DNA from: Saprolegnia diclina VS20
Lineage: Eukaryota
Direction: 5' to 3'
Assembly: GCF_000281045.1 (NCBI RefSeq)
Contig: NW_008246072.1
Location: forward strand, 823,232 to 887,231
Length of the DNA: 64,000 nucleotides
This document shows, in pieces, positions 46,138 to 59,800 of the stretch; positions within the stretch are counted from its first letter, which is position 1, and every line of letters begins with the position of its first letter. The position numbers and the translations under genes were made by a program. The notes beneath the pieces were generated by a model. That model made no database searches, was not told the DNA's origin, and saw nothing but the letters and a program-made list of their open reading frames with translations.

Positions 46138-49100
46138 TCAAGCGTTCGTAGTGGTAGGCGGCAGCAACGAAGCCTCGAGCTGCTGGAGTAGTCTCCTACA
46201 TACGACCTATTGCATCATATGTCGACATGACCAGGCCTACGTTGCATCGGCCACGTTGGCGGCCGCTTCTGTCGCCAACACGCTTGTTCGCGGCGGCGCT
46301 GGCGACGACGGTGTGAGCTTGGCCCTACACCGGTCAGTACGTGCCTATGAATACGTTGCGTACTTGGTACTGGCGATCGACGACGCGAGGTGCGTGTGCG
46401 TGGCCTCGAGGGCGGAGAGCTGCTTGGCAAACGTACTTGGCATCATCGCGCGTCGTCGCACCTCGATGCGGTTCATCATCTACGACATCATATTCTGCTC
46501 TTGGCACTGGCGTCGAGGCATGCCAAACCTCGTGCGAGGCCGTAAAGTCCGAGTCGATAGCGTCGGCAAACTGCTCAATGTCAGCAAGCCGCTTCCGCAT
46601 GTCGTCAAGCTGCTGCTTCATCGACGAGAAGCGCGCAAGTCCGACCGGTGCCTCGCTCGCTAGCGATGGCGTCTCACCCTCAACACTCGCCTCGCTTCTC
46701 GTCGTGTCGATCGGTGGTGCATCGGGCGCCGGTGGCGAGGCCGCCGTCGGTGCGGATCCCTCAGAGGGGCCCTCGACAGCGGTGACAGCCTCATAGGCGA
46801 CAGCGAGTGTGTCGCGCGATGCCACAACCGGTGTCGGCGTCGACGGTGCTATATCCATAACGCGCAGGTACGTGGGTGCGGGCTGCTTGGACTGCAGCTG
46901 CACAAACACAGGGAACGGCGGCGGCTTTTTGACGGCAATGGGCTCGATAAAGCTCGTCGCTTCGGTCTGTGTACTGTCCACGTCAACGTCGTGACGCTCC
47001 GTGTTGGTCGCCGTCTCCTGCACCAAACGCGTCGGTGGCTCGACGATGTCCTCGGCCTTTGCTGTTTGACTGCTGGCATCTTGGATCGGTGTCGCATCGG
47101 AAACTGCAGTCGGGAGGACGACGCGCGCACTACGCACATGCGGCTCAAACGTCTTTGGCCGTAACGGGACGCTGGTCATGCTTGCGGCCTTCCGCAGGAG
47201 CTTGAGATGGGCGGTCGACGGATCGTGGCCGCTAAATGTGAGCGGCTGCACGAGGGGCGGCGGCGGCACCATCGTGCGGGCGCGCTCGAGTGACCGAGGC
47301 ACCGCGGCTGGCTCTCTACACCGCATGCATTGCTTCTCACACAGTGGCTATGGTGAAGACGCACCGAAGTTTGGCCTTTTGCAGCTGTAGAAGCTGGAGC
47401 ACATTACGGGACGATTGCTTGGACGAGATGGGGGCTTGTGCAATGGCTTCGTTTTGTGGGCAACTCGGCGCTGCTTCGGAAGACGGTGGTCTCCCCAACG
47501 TCGAGCGCGAGCGCTTGGCAAGCGTCGCGGGTGGCGTCGGGAGTGCGGTGTCGGAACGCAGCTTCAAGAGCACGCGGGGAATTGCAGTCGAGTGGACTTG
47601 GGTTGCAGTGGTTGTCTGCGGCACCGCGTCGGTCGCGGTCGCCTGGCAGCTTGTCGCGATCGGCGGTGGTCTACTCGCTTGAACCAGTGTCTTGGTGGTG
47701 GCAACGACGTGGTGGGCGAGCGCGGTCTCCTGCGCGTGCAGCAGCTCGAGGACTTCCAAGCGCGAGATCGCATCCGAGTAGCTCTGCACGTCGTCGGCGC
47801 GATCTTCGATTATCGTGACGCGGCTCGGGCTGCTGTCGAGTCCCATTTGCTGGCACAGATGCCAAAAGAGCGCGTCGCCACGAACCAGTCGCAGGGCGCC
47901 ACCAACTGCCCCAAGCTGTCGCTCGAGAAGCGCTTGTTTGGTTTCTACGTAGTTGGACCCGATGCGAAGGTTGACTTCAGCTACGAGACGCTGCTCGCGC
48001 TTCGTCAGGCGTGTGGGAGCTATCGAGGATGCTCGGAGGTAGGCCAGAGCATGCGCCGTCTCCAACGGCGTCGACGTCCAAGAGAGGCTTTCGTGCAGCG
48101 CCGCCAGCTGCACGCTTCGACTGTCGGCGACCGAGAGGCCAAAGATGTGGCAGTTCACTCGAACGACGTGCCAAATGCCACCCGGGAGCTTGGCGCGCAG
48201 CGAAATCGCGGCGGCGTCTCGCGCCACAGCAGCCCACACCGTCCACACGACCGTCCGCGCAATCGTCGCCGCACATGGTGCATAGGTGGATGGCGCCGAC
48301 GTTGTCAGGCCCAGCAGCGGCAAACTCGGTTGCAACAGCTTGGCCACATGGTACAGCGGCGGCGCGCCTGTTCCGAGCAGCGCAAAGAGACAGGGCAGCC
48401 CGTGGTCGCTGGCCGCCAAGTGCGCGCGCACGGCATGGAGGCGCCGGACGACAAAGGCAGTCGCAGCCGCCTCGCGCGCACTGGCCACCGCAACACACGC
48501 ACACTTGGTCGTATCCACCCGATAGGCAGCAAGGAACGGCGACGCAGTGTGCAGACCGTCGACGTCGGCGATCGCGCCGGTGACGTCAAGGTCCGAGAGC
48601 ACTGGCAGTGTCCGGTACACGTGCAGGACGGTCGCCATGTACCGTGCGCAGACGACAAGGTGGAGCGAAGACCGCTCGGCGCAGAGGTCGCGGAGAAACG
48701 ACTCAGTGCTCGCTGTTGTGAACGTTGCGCCCATCTGAAGTACGAAATGACACAGCGCTTCGAGCTTCGCCACGAGTTGAAGCGCTGCGGGGCGGGACCA
48801 CTGGGCGACGGGGGGCAGCTCGGCCCACAAGGTCAGGGCCATGAGATGCCGCCCGAGCAGCATGTGGGGTGTGAGCCCCAAGTAGTGCAATGCAAGGACA
48901 CAGCCGAGTGCTTGCAGGTACGCAACATCGTGGGGCTGTTGCCGGAGCCAGGCCACGTCGGCGAGGCGACATGCAGCCGCGACGTCATAGCTACCAAGCG
49001 CTCTTGTGTGCGCCGGGTCGACATCCAAGGTCGCGAGGTACGCGGCAACGGCGGGCGCGTACGGCAGCGGGCGTCTCGGCGCTCGCAGCTGCTCAAAGAG

Positions 49101-50539
49101 GTTGGCGTAGTTGGGCGCCCAGTGGTCCGCTGGCGGTGCATCCCGAAGCAGGTTGGCGAGTCGGTCAATGCAGTCCAAGGGCGCATGAAGCGCCACGTGG
49201 AAGAGGAAGAAGACGAGACTTCGGATCGAAAAGCAAGTGACACGCGGGTGCAGCGTGTGCACCGCGACGGCAACGAGCTTGGGCAGCAAGTGTTCTCTTT
49301 GCGTCGCCATGCAAAGGGAGCTGGACACTAGGAAGGCGTCGAGGGCCGCATTGACGTCGGCGGGTGGGCCCTTGAGAAAGGCCGAGACAAAAGCGGGTTG
49401 CGCGGGCGTCGGGGCCGAGTTGCACAGTGGCGATGACGATGGCGCCGGTGGTGGCGGCGCGACCTGAAGCGCATACAACCGTATGCTCGTAGCAGAGTGC
49501 ACGAGGAGCTTGGCGCGGTCGCTGTCGCCAAACACCGAAAACTACCATGTGGTTGCTTCATGAACTTTTGATTCGCTGATTCAGCACGTACATGTAGATC
49601 CGGTGGCATGGAGGTCGCCAGAATGAGAAGTGGCGCTTTGATCCCCGTACCCGCGTGGCCGTGCACGACGTAGATAGAGCCTATTGCCTCTTTCTGTCAG
49701 TACAAGAAATGGCGGCGACGGGTACCTTGCGCCGTCGAGACCACGAGATGCGGCAGACGCGGGTGCCACGCGGTCGCCATGATGGTCTCGGGCGTGGCAT
49801 ACGTCACTTCGTGGTCGGTGGCGATCGAAGCAAAGACGACGGTGGACGGCGCAACGACGATGGCGAGGCATTGGCTCGGTCCGTGCAAGGCCACTGACAA
49901 GACACTCGTTGACGCCGACGGCCGCGACAGCGAGCGCACTCGCGTGTCGAAAACGATACTACCGTCGTCGTCGTCGCACATGTAGGTCGTGTGCACGTCG
50001 AGCGCGACTGCTTGCAGCGCTACGTGGCCGACGGCAAAGACAGACCCGAGGAGACGCGAGTGCAATGGCGCGGCCCATGACGTCCCACATGCCACAGGCA
50101 GCGAGATGCTCGACCACGCGGAGGGCTCGACGCTTGCTTGCTTACCTAAAGATCGTACGCGCCATCGCACGGCAGCGCTGTGGTCGGAGGCGAGCAGGAC
50201 GACGGTCGCGCCAGTAGGTGAGATGGCTGCGACAAGAAAGGGCTGCTGTAGCGATGACGGGATCGCCTCGACGAGCATGGTGTCAGCGCCAGCGTTATAG
50301 AGCGCGAGAGAAGCGTCGCCGGCCAGCTGTAGAAGAATGTACTCGTTCGTGCTGCAAAGGAGCCGGCTTCCATGTACGTCGACGTCGGCGCCGTGGCGCC
50401 AGAGCGGCGTCGTGGCCTGTGCACTTGGGCGAACCTTATGCCGAAGCACGCACGTCGAGCCAAGAGCGATGAGCTCCATGGTCGCTGGGACATACGTGGC
50501 AGCGACAACGTCGTCAACGGCGCTCTGGAACTCGAGCAT
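46138..50539 (-). CDS. Large hypothetical protein (beta-propeller-like N-terminus, helical middle, Pro/Thr-rich region, C-terminal coiled coil), multi-exon; weakly reminiscent of CPLANE1
   Basis: Successive long minus-strand ORFs 49697..50581, 47337..49535 and 46334..47326 with GT/AG junctions; 3' end uncertain. Confidence 0.6.
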
Positions 50540-50730
50540 CGTCCGGCCGCCTCTCCAAGATCCGCCGTCTAATTTCGGCACGTGCCGATTTCAAAGCGCA
50601 GCTCAATCCCTTGCAATGGGATGCATGCACACACAAAAGCCGACGGACGCGACTTATCAACTCCGCAAAGAGCACTCGAAGGATGCTAAATGGGTCGGTG
50701 CAGGACTGCACCCGGCGTGTTTGATGCCAT

Positions 50731-51010
50731 CACCAAGATGCGGCTTAATATATTTATATGTGGTAAATATGGCGCACGCCATATATAATACAATGGGTCA
50801 CAGCGATAGCTGTACAGCTTGTCTGGCAATGCGCCGTAGCATTTCGTGGTCGCCCAAAGGTGCTCTATCAATGTGCCAAGTTTGAGCAACTTCATTTTTC
50901 CTCGCGATCGACGCCTCTGGTCCGCCTTGGATCGGTGGGCGGGCGCACTGCTGGCACAGGATTGGCTATAATTTCGCAAATTATCAACCAATAAAAGTGG
51001 CTCATTTTCA
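50731..51010 (-). repeat. Dispersed ~280-bp repeat, copy 1 (inverted relative to copy 2)
   Basis: Its reverse complement aligns with 56380-56656, e.g. ttttattggttgataatt, ccaccgatccaaggcgga, aagttgctcaaacttggcacattgatagagcacc and gcgccatatttaccac. Confidence 0.92.
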
Positions 51011-51356
51011 ATGAGAGGGTAACCTCGCCAACCCAAATTGCAGCGCGCGTGGTGGCCTGCTGTGCTGTAAGCCTACTACTAGTACAAGTAGATGAACGAG
51101 ACGTGGGCCGTTGGCTACTAGTACGTGAGATACACTGCCGCCCTCATGGAGCATGCTGCAGCTACTGCTACTGCACCACCTTCCACGATTGTCGTGGTGA
51201 CTCATCTTGCAGGACATGTAAATTCTCGATGACATCTTGTTCGTCGGCAGTGACACGAGTGGAGACGAAGGTGTCGATGCACATCATAATGATCAACAGA
51301 CATTTTGTGTATACCTATTCCTTGCTCGTCTCACTGTCTACTACTAACACTGCGTT

Positions 51357-52746
51357 CTACGCGTGGCTCGTGCGCTGGCGCTTCGGGCTCACGACGTCCG
51401 TCTCATCCGACTTGCGCTTCGGGCTCTCGTTCTTCTCAGCCGCGGCCGCCGCCGCTGCCGCGTCGCCAGGCGCTTCCACGTCGCCATACGTCAATGCCCG
51501 CTTCTTCTCGGTCGACCCCAAGTGTTTTCGGGCCGCAGGGTTCTTGAGCAACCGGTCGGCGAGGGCTTCGCCGAGGCTCTCGGCCTCAAACCGGTTGCCG
51601 GAAATGGTTTCTTCATACGACTCTTGGCCGTCGCGCGAGAGGAGCACCGCCGTGAGCGTGAGCTCGTCGCCGTCGAGCGTCGTGTTGACACCCATCGAGA
51701 TCTGGCAGCCGCCTTCTAGTGTCCGCAAGAGAGACCGCTCGGCCTTGCAGCATTGCGCCGACTCTTCGTGCTCGATCTTGGCCAGCATCTCGAGCGTCTA
51801 CCAAAGTTGTGACGTTCAGTGCATCCAATGGATGTCTACCTCGGTGTCGTCGCCCCGGCACTCGACACCAATGCTCCCTTGGCCCACCCCGTAGCCAAAG
51901 ACAGCCGGATCCAGGAGCTACAGAACGACATGAGAAGGCTGGTTGACACAGCATGGCGAGGCGTCGTACTTGGTCGATACGGTCGCCCAAACCACCGCGA
52001 CGAAAGCCCGCGGCCGCGACAACAATCGCATCATAATCATCTAGACAGACTGCGTCAGCAACGCTCGTGGTATTGAAAGATAGTGTACCTTCGTCGTCGA
52101 GCTTGGCGAGACGCGTCTGGATGTTGCCACGGATCGTCTTGACTTGGACGTGCGGGTAGAGCCTAGCGAAGGCGCCATTGTCAGCATCACATCTTGCACA
52201 TGTTTGGGGCGTACTTGAGCAAGAGAGCTTCGCGGCGCAGCGAACTGGTGCCAATGATGCTGTCTTTCGGCAGATCATCGAGCGTTGTGATACCCTACGC
52301 CACGCCATGAGCGGCTATCGCAACACAGCATGGGCTTTGAACCTTGGCCTTGTGCTTGGGGTGGATGATAACTGCGTCTTCGGGGCTTTCGCGCTCGCAG
52401 ACCGCGCCAAGGACGAGGCTCTCGGGCAGCATCGTGGGCATGTCCTTGAGCGAATGCACGGCGAAGCTGCTCCGGCCGGCCAAAAGCTCCTTCTACACGC
52501 AGCATGCTACAGCGACAAGGCCATGCTACGGCGGCGTACCTCCAAGCTCTTGGTGAAGAGGCCCGTGCCACCCACCTGCGTGAGGTGCTTGTCGAGCACT
52601 TGGTCGCCGATCGTGTCCTGGAGCCCGATCTCGAAGGTCACGTCCGGGTAGTGCTTCTGCAGCATCGAGATGACCTCGCGCGTCTGGTACAGCGCGAGGT
52701 CGCTCTTCCGCGACGAGACGTACACGGTCTTCGTCGTACTGGCCAT
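51357..52746 (-). CDS. HMBS: Porphobilinogen deaminase (hydroxymethylbilane synthase), multi-exon
   Basis: [61 protein letters not shown] and [14 protein letters not shown] (cofactor Cys). Confidence 0.96.
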
Positions 52747-53399
52747 CGCGTGCTTGGGTGCCAAAGGTTGAATGGCGAAATCCTGCACCCGGGGGTTTCC
52801 CGGAGATGCGACATCCGCACTTATGAGAGCGTACTTAATACAGCATAAGTACGTTTTAGCATCGTACTTGAGCGACACGCGTATACTAGAAACAAGAGCT
52901 CAAAGAAGTGCGCCCATCGTGGGGTGCTGGCCTCGTCAACGTTTGGAGTTGATGCCGAGGTCAACCTGCTTATTTTCGGCATTCTCAGAGCGCTGGACCG
53001 ACGGCTGCGTTCGGTGCCCGAGTTTGCACACGCCGAGGTGGATGAGGACAACATGGTGACAGCATGATGGAGGCACTGGACGACCGGCGATACCACTGCG
53101 GCGATACTGAAGCTACGCCCGAATCAAGTAGACTATATTTCTACTAGTTGACGTGGTCAGTAGTTGCTGCCAGCAGTAGCAACGACTCGAGTGGCAACCG
53201 TGTCCTGGACGAATGCAACATGCAGCCTCCTGCTACGCTACGGTACCACTCGGCTGTCTCAATGGCGCGTACGGTACATCGCCTGTCGCGCCTAAATGCG
53301 GCATTGAGTGCCGAATTTAGAGCTCGTGTCTATGTGGCGCTACGACGCATTTAACCGGATGCTACCGGCGTGACAAATAAGGGTACCGCAGATTGCAGC

Positions 53400-56032
53400 A
53401 TGGACCGGCGGGTGCTGGTCAAGGACGACGCGTGCGGCCGGCTCTTGGCACTGCACCTTGAGCAGTCGGGCGACGAGGCTGCGCCACGCCTCATCATACA
53501 TGCGCATGCCTTCAACCCAGCAACCTCCGTGTTTGCGACGAGCGAAAAACGGGTCGTATGCGATCTGCCGGTACCCAAAGCGACGTACGGCACCTCCGAG
53601 CTCTTGGCCGCTGCATTCGTCGACGACGACGGACTTGGCATGCACATGCTCTTTCTCGTACTCTTCTTGCATGCCCACGGCCATGTCGCTCTCGTGCGCG
53701 TATCGCCCCATCTGTCGGCGGTGGACGACCTGGCGCTTCTTGAGGTCGCCGCGTGGCACAACCACCGATGCCACGCGCGCCTCGTCGATGGACCACGCAT
53801 CTTGCTCTACTCGTCGTCGTCCAAAGCCATGCAGCTGCTTGCGTGGAACAGCAACGAGGACGACGGCAAGTTACAGCCGCTCACGGGCGAGATGGCGCTG
53901 CCAGCAACGACGCTGGGCATGCCACAATGCCAGCGCATCGGCACGCATCTGCTTCTGCACACTGTTCTACCGTACGACCTGATGGTAGATCCATCGTATC
54001 CTCCAACCTCGTGTTCTAGCGACGACGTCCACGTGTGGGAGACGCTTCCGCTGTGGCCGCTGCCCAGCCTTGAGAAACGCGTCAAGCGCGATATACCCGA
54101 CCTCTCGCCGTGCGCGTACCTCCCAGCGCCGACGACTTCAACGACGACCAGTGTGTACATCCGCAGCAGCGACGACAGTCGGCCGACGCATCTCTTTGTC
54201 GGCACGATGGCGCCGTCGCTGGTGGCCTACCGGTACAACTGCGTCGTTGCGAGCTTGCAGCTGCCCGGACCCGCCATCGACATGTACACATATGTGCTAC
54301 TACACGATCGACGCCCTCTCATCGCGCTGTAGCCAGCAAGCTGCCGTGGACGCGACGCATGGCGTTCTCGCAGTGCTTTGCAACGACGCGCAGCAAACGC
54401 TGCTCATTGTCTCGGCGCACGACGATACCCTTACCATGGTACAAGGTACCGCCGGCTTCGATACCCGCCGTCTACATTTGAGTAGAGATTGCGCTGGTCG
54501 ACCGCGTGTTGATCGCCGACTTCAAGGGCACTGGCCGCGACCAGCTCCTGTGCCTCTCGGAGCAGTCGGTCGACGACATTCTTGGGCGATGGCTGCTCAC
54601 CGATCTCTCGTACGTCCACACGGGTAGGTTGGAGCTACGTGGTTTGTACTACGAAGGACGAAGCAGCGGCGTGTAGACCCGGCCAAGGACAAGAAGGTGA
54701 AAAAGCGCAAAGCCAAAACCAAACTGCACGTGCAACTCGACAAGATGATGCCGCCGGATCGGTCTCAAAAGGTAGATGTCTCGCCAAGTATCTCGACTCA
54801 TTTTTCCTCGGAGCTTCTCGCGATTGAGCAAGCCATGGTGCACAAGGCGGCGCAGGCGACAGCCGACAACACGCGCCTTGGCCGCTTTGTACGAAGTAGT
54901 ACCTCTTTGGACAGTAAAACCCATTTGAACCATCTAGGTGGACGAAAAGAAGAGGCTCCTCGAGCTCTTGTACCAGCACTGCGCGCAGACCGTCGATGCC
55001 CAGGCGGCGCCAGAGCAAGATGCACCAAAAACAATCGAGTTACTCGCCCTCGAGACGGTGCTGCCAGCAGAGACGCCAGCACCGGCAGCCGTTGTCTCGC
55101 TATCGTCCTTGCGGCGGCCGAGTCTGTGGATGCTCAAGCACTGGGAACCCGTGGCTGCGCACCATACCCCGACGTCGATGGTCATCGACGTCGCGCTGAC
55201 GGTTCTGCACAGAGCCTCGTACGTCCAGCCCTTGGACGGACACAATGGCTCATACGACGTGTGTAGCGATGTGTTGACCGACGTTGCGGTGCACGCCGTG
55301 TCGTCGTCGTCGCTTGGAAGTGTCTCTGCCCATCAGCCGAGCGTGGTCCCCGGCGCCGAGTGCAATGTGGTCTTGCAGCTAGCGCTCAGCTACGGCGTCC
55401 TTGAGATGGCGTGTGATCTTTGCATTGCCTACACCGATGTCGGCGGTGGCGAGCGCTTGTTTCAGCCACTGGCGCCGCTGGCCATTGGCACCGCCGACCT
55501 CCTTCGACTGCGAGCGACGGTACCGCGCCCCGGTAAGCTCGAAGGATACCGGTCGGGTATCCGACTATTTGTGCTTGTAGACATCGTGACGGACCTGATC
55601 GTTGTCTCGCCTCACATCGATTTGACGCAAGCCGTGCCAGTGCTGCAAGCGGTGCGTCAAGATGAGTGCCACGCATGATGCACACGACTCGTGTAGGCCA
55701 TGCCAGAGCGGATTGAAGCGCAGCTGCTCCGCCCGTCGATCGCATCGCTCTGTATGCAAAGTCATAGCCGCATCGAAGCGCGGTTGATGCGAGCGCATCT
55801 GATGCAAGCACTGGATGGCTGCACGGTGCTAATGAGCCCGTTTTCGCGGACGCACATGGAGGGTTTGCAGTCGTGTATGCGTGCGTTGCGGAAGGAGCTC
55901 GCATTTTTGCAAGGCAGCGCGTCCGTCGACGACCTTCGAAGCGCGCAAATTCAACTCGACGTTGCAATGGGTCATTTGCACAAGGCGCTGACAGAACGCG
56001 CAGAGACGAGCGGCGAGACGCGAGATACCTAA
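53400..56032 (+). CDS. Multi-exon protein, FANCB-like
   Basis: Exons approximately 53400-54284, 54332-54437, 54486-54623, 54678-54890, 54938-55660 and 55700-56032. VDRVLIADFKGTGRDQLLCL resembles the conserved FANCB VL.DDF.G.G.EQ.LL motif. Confidence 0.55.
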
Positions 56033-56379
56033 CTCACTAGATCTATCGCCCACGATGAAGTTCCAACGAGCCGCGACGATCGTGGGACGTGGCAGCATGC
56101 TATGTGAATGCTATTGCGCTTTAGAAGGAGGGCAGACACGCGTTGCAAGAGGCTGGTCACCAAGGAGGCGGCGGTGCTAACGTTTGCAGAGTCACAGTTA
56201 GGAAAGCAGGGATATCTCGGAGCTAAAGGTCCTTGACGCCGACGACTAATAACAAATCGAAGCATTTGAAATTACATCATCTTTGCATTGCCAGCCTACT
56301 TGCACTGGTAGATGGACATGGTGTGGGCCATCAACCGGTGCAAGTCGGCAGCAAGGCAGGTTGGTGAAATGCTGGCGAG

Positions 56380-56656
56380 AAATGCGCCGTTTTTATTGGT
56401 TGATAATTCAAGATAATGCAGCCAATACCGTGCTAGCCCAGCGTTCACCCACCGATCCAAGGCGGATCAGAGGCGCCGATCGCGTTGAAAAATAAAGTTG
56501 CTCAAACTTGGCACATTGATAGAGCACCCTTGGGTGACCACGAAATGCTACGGCACATCGCCAGACAAGGCGTACAGCCATCGCTATGTCCCATGGTATA
56601 ATATATGGCATGCGCCATATTTACCACTTATAGCCATATTTAATTGCATCTTGGTG
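56380..56656 (+). repeat. Dispersed ~280-bp repeat, copy 2
   Basis: Same alignment as copy 1; AT-richer than the flanking genes. Confidence 0.92.
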
Positions 56657-56805
56657 GGCTGCCTCGCGATCAACACCTGCAATCGAGCGGCCTCGGTACC
56701 GAGCCACGCGGTTGCGCTGGAGTATTTTGCACAGACGCCAACAAATGTAAAAGAGAAAAGTGAATGAAAGTGTAATTATGGACTAGTATTATAGCATGAT
56801 GCAGT

Positions 56806-59800
56806 TTATCTCTTTTGGTGGTTGACATAGCGCAGCGAGAGAAGCGCGAGGATGCGCCAGAGCAAAATGAAGCCGATGACCGCGAAAAAGTTGGTCCACC
56901 GGTCGTCGTAGTTCATCTCGTAGACCTTCTCGACATAGTCCTTGACGCGAATCTGCTTGGTCGGAAACTCAGCAAAGAGGCTCGGCGGAATGCCGGCTTC
57001 GGGCATGATCTGGCAACCGAGCTGGGTACCGTCCGTGCACTTGGCAAACGTCTCNNNNNNNNNNNNNNNNNNNNNNNNNNNNNNNNNNNNNNNNNNNNNN
57101 NNNNNNNNNNNNNNNNNNNNNNNNNNNNNNNNNNNNNNNNNNNNNNNNNNNNNNNNNNNNNNNNNNNNNNNNNNNNNNNNNNNNNNNNNNNNNNNNNNNN
57201 NNNNNNNNNNNNNNNNNNNNNNNNNNNNNNNNNNNNNNNNNNNNNNNNNNNNNNAAGAGACACGCGCCGACCGACTCGTTCAAACCGACGAACGGGTAAA
57301 AGATGATCGTGAAGACAAACGTCGTGACGAGGCAGTACGGGATCTCGGCCAACGTCGAGCCGACAAAGTACCAGAGCGCGTTGTACGTCTGCGAGGCGCG
57401 CTCACGGTAGAACGACGCGCGCTCCTCCGAGGCGAGCGGGAGGACACTGTTGAACGAGATCAAACCGACAAAGAGCGACGTCATGAAGATCATGCCGACG
57501 CCACCGGTCGCACCAATGTACGTCGTGTAGTCGACACCACGGTACACAAGACCAAAGAGCACCGCGAGAATGATCGAGAGCATCGCGCGCGTGTAGTTGT
57601 ACGACGGCGTGCGCCAGTACATGCGGAAGAAGCGCTGCGTCACCATCTTGAACTGCGTCGACGACGACGCAGCGCGCTTCTTGCCAAACGTGAGCTCGGG
57701 CAGCGACGGGTGCGGCACAGCGTGGCGATCGAGCGCCGCGGCAAGAAGACCACGCTCGTTCGAGCCGTTGAAGATCTGGACATAGTCGTTGGGCGGCAAG
57801 TTGGTGTTCTTGGCTTCGACACCGGCACCGATGACCTCGAGCATCCACGTCGCCGGGTTGGCACCCTCGACGAGCGGCGGCGTGTTGGGAATCGACTTGA
57901 AGTACTGAATCAACTGGCTAGCGTTCGTGCCGAGGTCGCCAAAGAAGACGGTCTCGCCACCGCGCTTGAGGAGGAGGAGCGAGTCAAACATCTCAAACAC
58001 CTCGGTCGAAGGCTGGTGGATCGTGCAGACGACCGTGCGGCCCGTCGACGCGATCTTGCGAATACCCGTCATGATGATCTTGGCCGAGCGAGCGTCAAGA
58101 CCAGACGTCGGCTCATCCAAAAAGAGAATACTCGGGGCGGCCGCGAGCTCGACACCGATCGTCAGACGCTTCATCTGCTCGACCGACGCGCCACGAATGA
58201 TCATGTCGCCGAGGTTCTTCATGTCAAGGAGCTCCAAGCACTCTTCCGCAAACGCCATCTTCTCTTCGGTCGGGATCTCGTCCGACTGGCGGAGCATCGC
58301 GCTGAACTGGAACGCCTCGCGGAACGTCGCGCTCTCGCTGTGGATGTCCATCTGCTCGCAGTAGCCCGTCGCACGGCGAATCGCGAGGTCCGTGGCCGGG
58401 TACCCGTTCAAAAGAATGCTGCCTTCGATCTTGCCGCCCGTCTTGCGACCGGCAATGACGTCCATCAAAGTGGTCTTGCCCGCACCGGACGAACCCATGA
58501 GCGCCGTGATCGTACCAGGAAGAGCAAAACCGTTGATGCCCTTGAGCAGCTGGAGGTCGGGCTCACCCTTGGTCGGGTTGGGCACCGAGTACCAGAGGTC
58601 CTTGAACGCGAGCGTGGCCGGCACCGACGCCGACGACGAGCCCGCGACCTTGACCGCAACATCGTCGTTGCTCACGGGCGTCTTGGGCGCCTTCTGGTAG
58701 TCGTCCTGCGTCGTCTCGTCGTCATCAACGGTGACCGAGACGTTCTCCGGGGCGTCGTAGCGCTTGTACTCGAGCGCGAGGTACGAGAGGCCGAGGAACA
58801 CAAAGTAGGACGCCGCGAGGTAAATGGCGCCGTACCAGATCCAGATCTTGTCGGTCTCGAGGCCAAACGTCTCGAGCATGACGTTGCCCATGGTGTCGCC
58901 CTTGAGCTTCATGTAGTCGACGCCCTTGTAGACCGGCACTTGGAACTCGGACGACGAGTACTGGTTGATCGAGAGCGCGCGCATGCACCAACTGAGCGGG
59001 TTGATCCAGTAGAGCCAGATAAAGTAGTCGGGGATGATCGACGGCGAGATGACAAAGCCCGCAAAGAGCACGTAGATCAACACCGACATCATCGAGAGCG
59101 GCTTGGCGACGTGGAGGTCGGGCGAGACGACCGCGAGGAAGAAGAACCAAGACGCAAACGACAAGTTGGTCAGAAAGAGCAGCAGCAGGTAGACAAGGAA
59201 CGCACCGACTTGCGACACAAAGCCCGTCATCCAGTACATGATGGAGCCAAACACCAAGGTCTCACCAAAGGCAAAGGGCACTTGGGTGAACGACTGCGCC
59301 AGAATGAACGACGACGTCCGGAAAAAGTTGGCCGACCGCTGCTTGTAGTAAATGTTGCGGGCCTCGAGCGCCGCCGGCATGAGCGGCACTTGACCGAGCG
59401 CGAGGAAGAGCACCGACGTGAAGATGACACCGAGCACAATGACCGGGTTGGCCGAGTCGACTTGATAGAACGTCGACGCGTACAGAAGACCCATGACCAG
59501 CACCATGATGAAGCGGCTCTTGACGAACGCCGTGTTGCGGAGAAAGACCTTCATCTGACGCGCAATGAGCTGCTGCGTGCTCTGCACATACGGCACTTGG
59601 TACGCCGGCATCTCGGCCATGTGCTTGGCCGCATCGGCGAGGAGCAGCGGGTGGTGCGGGCCCTCGAGGTGGCTCATCATCTCGGCAAAGATCGCCGAGC
59701 GACGGAAGACATCGGCGTAGTCGCTGGGCGTGCGCGGCACCGACGCCGCCCCATCGACGACGTACTGCGCCTGCTGCGGCGTGCCGAGATCCAGCAGAAA

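Noticed and set aside
47415..49331. 638-aa plus-strand ORF (likewise the minus-strand ORF 17775..19412)
   Set aside because: Antisense to better-supported genes; long shadow ORFs are expected at this GC content.
50686..51036. Similar short ORFs (LKLGTLIEH...) here and at 56498..56767
   Set aside because: They are translations of the dispersed DNA repeat, with atypical codon usage and indels between copies; treated as non-coding.
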